Below are positions 58,024-64,000 of a stretch of 64,000 nucleotides of DNA, one piece after another. The notes under the pieces were generated by a model, which was not told the DNA's origin, made no database searches, and saw only the letters and a program-made list of their open reading frames with translations. Numbering within the stretch: position 1 is the first letter of the stretch; each line of letters starts with the position of its first letter. This stretch comes from Lysobacterales bacterium (lineage in GTDB: Bacteria > Pseudomonadota > Gammaproteobacteria > Xanthomonadales > Rhodanobacteraceae), in contig JAFKMZ010000008.1 in assembly GCA_017305055.1 (NCBI GenBank), positions 111,990 through 175,989 of the forward strand. Direction: 5' to 3'. A program made the translations under genes and the position numbers.

Positions 58024-59295
58024 TTACTTTGCCGCCAACCACGCGCGCGTCGCGACCACCAGCGTCTCGACGCCGGTGCGCAAGGTCGGCTCGAGTACTG
58101 GCGCGAAGCGGGCGTTATGGTTGGTGGGGAGGTCGTTGAGCCGGCCTGCCGCTTTCGCCTTCGCATAGGTTTCCGGATCGGTGCAGCCGACAAACCAGAA
58201 CACCGAAGGTACCTTCCACTCCGCACCGAAGCAGCCGAAGTCTTCGCTGGCCGATGTCGGCACGGTTTTCTCGACACGCCCTTCCGCGAAGTGCCGGCGG
58301 AACGCATCGCCGACCTTCTGGTTCGCGTCGGCGTCGTTGACGACCAGGGCGTAGCTGTCCAGTGGCGTGATTTCCGGTGGCTTGGGGGCGCCCGATGCGG
58401 CCGCCTCGGCGTTGACGATGCGTGTGATCGCCGCGAGCACGCGCTTGCGTACGCCCTCGTCGAAGGTACGCACGTTGAGCTTGATCAGTGCCTCGTCGGG
58501 GATCACGTTTTCCTTGGTGCCGGCCTGCAGCGCGCCAATCGTGACTACGGCTGCCTCGGTTGCGGCCAACTCGCGCGATACGATCGTCTGCAGGCGCAGC
58601 ACGGTCGCCGCGGCCATGACCACCGGGTCGATGCTGGCTTGTGGCATTGAGCCATGGGCGCCGCGGCCGAACAGGCGGATCTGCAGGCTGTCTCCGGCCG
58701 AGGTGATTACGCCGGCGCGGCCGCTGATGGTGCCGGCCACGCCGACCATCACGTGCTGGCCGAGCACGACGTCGGGTTTGGGGAAGCGTTTGAACAACCC
58801 GTCGTCGATCATCGCCTGGGCACCGGTGCCGGTTTCCTCCGCAGGCTGGAACACGGCCATCACCGTGCCGCTCCAGTGACCGCGCGCCTGGGCGAGCAGG
58901 GTGCCCGCACCGATCAGCCAGGTCACGTGCATGTCGTGACCGCAGGCATGCATCACCGGCACCGTGTGGCCATCCTTGTCTTTGGTCGTGGCCTTGCTCG
59001 CGTAGGGCAGGCCGGTAGCCTCCGCGACCGGCAGCGCATCCATGTCGGCGCGCAGCATCACAGTCGGGCCGTCACCGTTGCGCAGCAGGCCGACCACGCC
59101 GGTGCCGCCGACGCCGGCAGTCACCTCGAAGCCGGCCTGGCGCAGGCGGGTGGCGGCGATGCCGGCCGTGCGCTGCTCCTGCATCGACAGTTCCGGATGG
59201 GCGTGGAGGTCGGTGTACAGCGCCTCGAGCTCCGGGAGCAGCTTCGGCAGTGTGGTGGACCACGCGTCGGCGATGTTGGTCTCTTTCGTGTTCAT
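58024..59295 (-). CDS. M20-family amidohydrolase (hippurate hydrolase/aminoacylase-like)
   Basis: LHAHPELSMQE, ADMDALP and HACGHD are motifs of the M20D subfamily. Confidence 0.85.
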   Translation of the reverse strand: MNTKETNIADAWSTTLPKLLPELEALYTDLHAHPELSMQEQRTAGIAATRLRQAGFEVTAGVGGTGVVGLLRNGDGPTVMLRADMDALPVAEATGLPYASKATTKDKDGHTVPVMHACGHDMHVTWLIGAGTLLAQARGHWSGTVMAVFQPAEETGTGAQAMIDDGLFKRFPKPDVVLGQHVMVGVAGTISGRAGVITSAGDSLQIRLFGRGAHGSMPQASIDPVVMAAATVLRLQTIVSRELAATEAAVVTIGALQAGTKENVIPDEALIKLNVRTFDEGVRKRVLAAITRIVNAEAAASGAPKPPEITPLDSYALVVNDADANQKVGDAFRRHFAEGRVEKTVPTSASEDFGCFGAEWKVPSVFWFVGCTDPETYAKAKAAGRLNDLPTNHNARFAPVLEPTLRTGVETLVVATRAWLAAK

Positions 59296-59407
59296 GCAAG
59301 CCTCACTGCGCGAAACCACGGGTAATGCAGGAAATCGAACGGCGGCTGGTGGCTGCGGACAACTTGTCCCGGCAGTCGTCGTGGTGGCGAGCAGCCTTGC
59401 GGTGCGT

Positions 59408-59980
59408 TCAGGCTACGCGCGGATGCACGGTCAGTACGCGCTCGATGTGCAGGTGCAATTCCTTGAGATAGTTGCCCAGGAACTCGGCGGTGGAGTCGTT
59501 GCTGACCGTGCCGTCCTCGGCGATCAGGCCGGGGTGAAACTGGATGTAGGCTTCTATCGTGTTCATCAGTGGCGAGTTGCAAAAGCACAACACGCCGCGA
59601 AGTTGTTGTTGCGCGACCGCCGTACCGATCGAGCCGGGCGAGGTGCCGATGATGCCGGACGGCTTGCGTGCAAACGAGTTCTTGCCCCACGGCCGGCTGG
59701 CCCAGTCGATCGCGTTCTTCAACGCGCCGGGGATCGAGCGGTTGTACTCCGGAGTGATGAACAGGACTCCATCCACATCGGCGATCGCCTGCTTGAACTT
59801 GCGCGCCACGGGCGGATAGTCGGCATCGTAGTCGTAACAGTACAGCGGCAAATCCTTGATTGGGATCTCGACCAGTTCCAGTCCCTCGGGGGCAAGGCGA
59901 ACGAGGGCCTTGGAGAGCAGGCGGTTGATCGAACCCTTGGCTAGGCTGCCGACAAAATAGCCGACCTTGAAGGTTTTCAT
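59408..59980 (-). CDS. NADPH-dependent FMN reductase
   Basis: MKTFKVGYFVGSLAKGSINRLL... and FITPEYNRSIPGALKNAIDWASR. Confidence 0.8.
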   Translation of the reverse strand: MKTFKVGYFVGSLAKGSINRLLSKALVRLAPEGLELVEIPIKDLPLYCYDYDADYPPVARKFKQAIADVDGVLFITPEYNRSIPGALKNAIDWASRPWGKNSFARKPSGIIGTSPGSIGTAVAQQQLRGVLCFCNSPLMNTIEAYIQFHPGLIAEDGTVSNDSTAEFLGNYLKELHLHIERVLTVHPRVA

Positions 59981-60027
59981 GCGCGCTCCTTGATGTGGTG
60001 TGCGGTTGCGAAAATGCGGAAAGACCT

Positions 60028-60597
60028 TCAATGGCCGGTCGAATCACCGCGGCGACTGGCCTCGAACAGGAACCAGGTGCGCTGCTCGGCCTCGTCGACC
60101 CATTCCTCGATCAGGCTGGCGGTGGCGATGTCGTGCCGGTCGTCGCACACGCCGTGGGCTTCGCGCAAGCGTGCCGCCAGCATCCTGTTGTCCTCGCGCA
60201 GCTCGGCCAGCATGTCCTCGGGCTCGACATACTCGGCGTCGTTGTCGTCGATGCGCTGCAGACGCGCGATATGGCCGATCGAGCGCAACGTGGTGCCGCC
60301 AATCTTGCGTATGCGTTCGGCGATCGGGTCGGTCATCGCGAACAACTGGCCAGCCTGTTCGTCGAGCAGCAGATGATAGTCACGGAAATGCGGGCCGCTC
60401 ATGTGCCAGTGGAAGTTCTTGGTCTTCAGGTGCAGGGCGAACACGTCGGCCAGGATGGCATTCATGGCGCCCGACACATCACGCACCGCCTTGGCGTCGA
60501 GATCGGTGGTGGTATTCAGCGGCGCCCGCTGCTTGCGCAGCAGGGAAACCTTGGGGTTGGTCTGTGTCTTCTTCATGGTGGTGTGATCCTTGGCCAT
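60028..60597 (-). CDS. dps: Dps-family DNA-protection/ferritin-like protein
   Basis: LHLKTKNFHWHMSGPHFRDYHLLLDEQ and the ferroxidase residues. Confidence 0.9.
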   Translation of the reverse strand: MAKDHTTMKKTQTNPKVSLLRKQRAPLNTTTDLDAKAVRDVSGAMNAILADVFALHLKTKNFHWHMSGPHFRDYHLLLDEQAGQLFAMTDPIAERIRKIGGTTLRSIGHIARLQRIDDNDAEYVEPEDMLAELREDNRMLAARLREAHGVCDDRHDIATASLIEEWVDEAEQRTWFLFEASRRGDSTGH

Positions 60598-61050
60598 GCG
60601 GTGCTCCTTGGATGTGGTGAGAAGGAAGTTGCGAAGGAATATGCACCCTTCGTCGGTAACCGACTGTGAAACGCTGCTCCGAGTTGCCTGGGTGCTTTCA
60701 GTTCGTCCATACAGGCGACGCCGGTGGCACGACGCAAGCCCGCAGCACGATCTGTCGGTCGATACCGTGCGTCATCACTGCGCCGGGTCAGTTGCGGGCT
60801 TGGGATGAACACGTAGAAATTCCTGCCGTTGACAGATGGCTTGTGGGACTGCGGCGTCTGGGGCGACATCCAGATGCGGGTGCCGGCCGCCGATGGCGAA
60901 ACTATGCGGCCGCACCGAATGTACGTCGCCATCGCCGTCAACGCATATGTCATATGGCATGCTGGAACGCGCGCCAACCGTTTACACGAAATTCCCCGAG
61001 CCCAGGCACATCCCTTTGTTCTAAATTTTACATAATATACATTATGCGCA

Positions 61051-61662
61051 GTGAAGGGTGCGCCGGTTGAAGGTGCCGGAGCCCCTGCCAGAGCCGCTGG
61101 CAGCGCTGCTGCTGGCCGCCCTCCTGGTCGTCGTGCTCGGCCACGTCGTCGCCGGGCCTGGCTCATCAGCCCCGAAGGCTTCCGCGAGCTGCGCCATAGC
61201 TGCCTGCTGAGCAACCAGCAAGCCGCCGCCGCGTACCTGGGCGTGTGCGTGCGCACCATCCGCCATTGGGACAGCGGCCGCTGCCGGGTGCCCTGGTCCG
61301 TGGTGCGCCTGCTCCGCCTGCTGCGGGCTGGCGAGCTGGGCGGCCTGCTCGAGGGCTGGGAGGGCTGGACGATCTGGCGGGACCGGCTGGCGGTTCAGGT
61401 GATGTCGCTCGGAATCAGGTTGCTTCAAGATGATGAGCGGCTGTTGGACTCATCCTCAGCAGGCAGCGGGTGGCCCGCTATAAACCCACCTCCAGAGTTG
61501 CAACGCGAGGTTGCGGCAACTAAGTTTGCCGCATGCGCCAGCCGTTCCATCCGCGTTCCCGCAGTTTCCGTGCCGTATTCGGCGTGGCCCTGCTGGCATG
61601 GGCGATGCTCGCGTCGGGTGCATTGGCCGGTCCGCGGCGCATGTTCGATGCGATGGGCGTGA
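61051..61662 (+). other. ORF with a DUF3653-like phage HTH core, probably a remnant
   Basis: The core FRELRHSCLLSNQQAAAYLGVCVRTIRHWDSGRCRVPWSVVRLLRLL...GWEGW resembles DUF3653 phage proteins. The N-terminal is Arg/Ala-rich junk. The 3' end overlaps the copL start by about 130 nt, so the full ORF is unlikely to be real. Confidence 0.35.
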
Positions 61663-61952
61663 ACGCGACGATCCAGGCGGCGCAAGCGCAGGCGACCACG
61701 GTGCATTGTGACGGCATGGCCATGGTGCCGGGCCCCCAGACTTCGATACCCGCATCGATGCCGCCGGCTGGCAATGGCCACGCCTGTTGTCCTGACGGCG
61801 GTTGCCATTGCGCATCTTCGTGCACTGGTATCGTCGGTGTGCCGTATCCCGGTCTGGAGTTGCCGCCGATACGCGGCACTGTGTTGTCACTGGCCTACTC
61901 CCAGCCGATGCGGGCACCTTCCGCACCCCCCTTGCGACCGCCGATCGCCTGA
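61533..61952 (+). CDS. copL: CopL-family Cys/His-rich copper-responsive regulatory protein
   Basis: Signal-like N-terminus, the cluster HACCPDGGCHCASSC, and a position immediately upstream of copAB, as in Xanthomonas. Confidence 0.7.
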   Translation: MRQPFHPRSRSFRAVFGVALLAWAMLASGALAGPRRMFDAMGVNATIQAAQAQATTVHCDGMAMVPGPQTSIPASMPPAGNGHACCPDGGCHCASSCTGIVGVPYPGLELPPIRGTVLSLAYSQPMRAPSAPPLRPPIA

Positions 61953-62075
61953 TTCCCGTCGCGGCGCGCAAAGTGCCGCGAAGCACCGTAACTTGATCCC
62001 TGTTTGCCGCGCACAGCGTGGCGGATGGGCGTCTGCTCGTAACCGGCGTGCCGCGCACGCCAGCGGGAATCCGAA

Positions 62076-63875
62076 ATGAAACAGAACCCTTTTCACACGG
62101 GGCTGACTGTCCCGATGCCTTCCCGTCGACGCTTCGTGCAGGGACTGGCGCTGGGCGGGACCGCCGCGATGCTCGGGGGCTTCCTTAAACCCGCGTGGGC
62201 ACTGCAAAGCCTGGACATGCCCAACAACGCACGCAACGCTGGCGGACCGGGCGTTGTGTCCGGAACACAGTTCGCACTGGAAGTTGCCGAGACGCCGGTG
62301 AACTTCACCGGCAAGGCGCGTTACGCGACGACGGTCAACGGTTTGTTGCCGGGGCCGCTGCTGCGGTGGCGGGAAGGTACCGCAGTCACGCTGCGGGTCA
62401 CCAATCGCCTGCGCGTGCCGACCTCGATCCATTGGCACGGCATCTTGTTGCCTTTCGACATGGATGGCGTGCCTGGCATCAGTTTTCCCGGCATCGCGCC
62501 GGGTGAAACTTTCGTCTATCACTTTCCTGTCAAGCAGTGTGGAACCTACTGGTACCACGCGCACTCCGGCTTTCAGGAACAGACCGGCCTCTATGGTGCG
62601 TTGGTGATCGATCCGGCCGGGCCTGATCGCATACAGGCCGACCGTGATTACGTGGTGATGCTCAACGACTGGACCGACGAGAACCCGATGACGGTTTTCG
62701 CGAACCTCAAGAGGATGGGTGACTACTACAACTACGGCGAGCCGACCGCACGTGATTTCATCGCGGACGTGAGGCGCGGGGGACTAAAGGCTGCGCTGGC
62801 CGAACGCAGGATGTGGAACGAGATGCGCATGAGCCCGCGCGACCTCGTTGACGTCACTGGCGCGACTTACACGTATCTGATGAATGGCACTACGCCCGCC
62901 GGCAACTGGACAGGGCTGTTCAAGCCTGGCGAGCGCGTGCGGCTGCGCTTCATCAACGGTTCCTCGAACAGCCATTTCGATGTGCGCATCCCGGGTTTGA
63001 AGTTGTCCGTGGTTGCGGCTGATGGCCAGGACGTTGTACCAGTGGCGGTGGATGAGTTCCGCATCGGCACGGCCGAGGTCTATGACGTGGTTGTCGAGCC
63101 GCAGGAGGATCGTGCCTACACGATTCTTGCGCAGTCGATGGGTCGCGACGGCTACGCCCGTGGCACGCTGGCGCCGCGCGCAGGTATGCAGGCCGAAGTG
63201 CCGCACCTCGATCCACTGCCCACGCTGTCGATGGTGGACATGATGGGCGCCATGGCGGCGGGCGGCGACATGGCGGCCATGCACGGCACGCATCATGGCT
63301 CGATGCCCGGCATGGCCACCGGCGGTGCCCTTGACCCCGCCGGCATGCAGACGGCACACCACGCACGCACCGAATACGACAACCCGAACGTCGACATGCA
63401 CGTAGACATGCCGCGCACCAACCTCGACGATCCCGGCATCGGTCTGCGCGACAACGGTCGCCGGGTGCTCACCTATGCCGACTTGCACACTGTCGGCGGG
63501 TCGTTGTATCCGCAACAGCCCGTGACCGATGAAATCGAATTGCACCTGACTGGCAATATGAACCGGTTTGTCTGGGGTTTCGACGGGCTCAAATTCTCAC
63601 AGGCGAAGCCGCTGCACTTCCCTTACGGCAAGCACCTGCGGCTGATCCTGTGCAACGACACCATGATGACGCACCCAATCCACCTGCACGGCATGTGGAG
63701 CGAACTGGAATCACCGGAGCAGACGTTCCAGGTGCGCAAACACACCATCAGCGTGCAACCCGCCCAGCGCGTCACGTATCGCGTGAAGGCCGACGCGCTG
63801 GGGCGCTGGGCCTACCACTGCCACCTGCTCTATCACATGGAAGCGGGCATGTTCCGCGAGGTGGTGGTGTCATGA
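62076..63875 (+). CDS. copA: Copper-resistance multicopper oxidase CopA
   Basis: Tat signal SRRRFVQGLALGG. Copper sites HWHG, HAHSG, HPIHLHG and HCHLLYHMEAGM. A Met/His-rich insert is present (MVDMMGAMAAGGDMAAMHGTHHGSMPGM). Confidence 0.9.
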   Translation: MKQNPFHTGLTVPMPSRRRFVQGLALGGTAAMLGGFLKPAWALQSLDMPNNARNAGGPGVVSGTQFALEVAETPVNFTGKARYATTVNGLLPGPLLRWREGTAVTLRVTNRLRVPTSIHWHGILLPFDMDGVPGISFPGIAPGETFVYHFPVKQCGTYWYHAHSGFQEQTGLYGALVIDPAGPDRIQADRDYVVMLNDWTDENPMTVFANLKRMGDYYNYGEPTARDFIADVRRGGLKAALAERRMWNEMRMSPRDLVDVTGATYTYLMNGTTPAGNWTGLFKPGERVRLRFINGSSNSHFDVRIPGLKLSVVAADGQDVVPVAVDEFRIGTAEVYDVVVEPQEDRAYTILAQSMGRDGYARGTLAPRAGMQAEVPHLDPLPTLSMVDMMGAMAAGGDMAAMHGTHHGSMPGMATGGALDPAGMQTAHHARTEYDNPNVDMHVDMPRTNLDDPGIGLRDNGRRVLTYADLHTVGGSLYPQQPVTDEIELHLTGNMNRFVWGFDGLKFSQAKPLHFPYGKHLRLILCNDTMMTHPIHLHGMWSELESPEQTFQVRKHTISVQPAQRVTYRVKADALGRWAYHCHLLYHMEAGMFREVVVS

Positions 63876-64000
63876 AGCCGATCACGCGCAATGGGTGTTT
63901 GTTCGCGGTTCTGTCCGTTGCACACATGGCCGTGCCTGCCTTTGCACGGGACTCGATGCACGGCGTGGATATGGCGCAAGCGCAAACGCCCGCAGATGAA
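63872..64000 (+). CDS. copB: Copper resistance protein B (outer membrane), N-terminal part only
   Basis: The ATG overlaps the copA stop (ATGA). A signal peptide is followed by the start of a Met/His-containing region. It is truncated by the window end. Confidence 0.6.
   Translation, partial: MKPITRNGCLFAVLSVAHMAVPAFARDSMHGVDMAQAQTPADE

Overview
High-GC gammaproteobacterial (Xanthomonadaceae/Rhodanobacteraceae-like) DNA in three blocks. (1) 1-13.6 kb is a metal-resistance block: czcB end, czcA, a CorC/HlyC transporter, a YncE-like beta-propeller, an MFS gene, a chrB-DUF1259-DUF5916-chrA operon and a DMT transporter with a His-rich tail. (2) About 14.5-37.6 kb is the conserved backbone of a Tn4371-like ICE with a P-type (Trb) T4SS. 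Gene order is DUF736, XRE, DUF2958, DUF2285, HTH, repA, iterons, parA, RHH, DUF2840, S26 peptidase TraF, MOBP relaxase, an AT-richer cargo insert (frameshifted ABC ATPase pseudogene, LysR, second EexN lipoprotein), traG, RHH, trbBCDEJ(K)LFGI, DUF2274. No integrase is in the window, so the left boundary is unresolved. (3) 38.2-64 kb is chromosomal backbone: cdo-like, metX, ccmABCDEFGHI, phbB, phaR, tatD, glycine-zipper lipoproteins, ygfZ, DUF1674, sdhCDAB, sdhE, ygfX-like, csbD, M20 hydrolase, FMN reductase, dps, then copL-copA-copB. The most interesting signal is at the ICE right junction (37.6-38.2 kb). There a tRNA-Leu(CAA) gene is interrupted by a 237-nt ORF-less group I (IC3-type) intron, and its predicted 5' splice-site pair is C-G instead of the canonical U.G. 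About 190 nt upstream lies a 38-nt 5' fragment of a second, different tRNA-Leu(CAA) that ends exactly at the end of its anticodon loop. I saw no CRISPR array, rRNA gene, or recognisable defence or toxin-antitoxin system. Family names come from motif recognition, not from searches.
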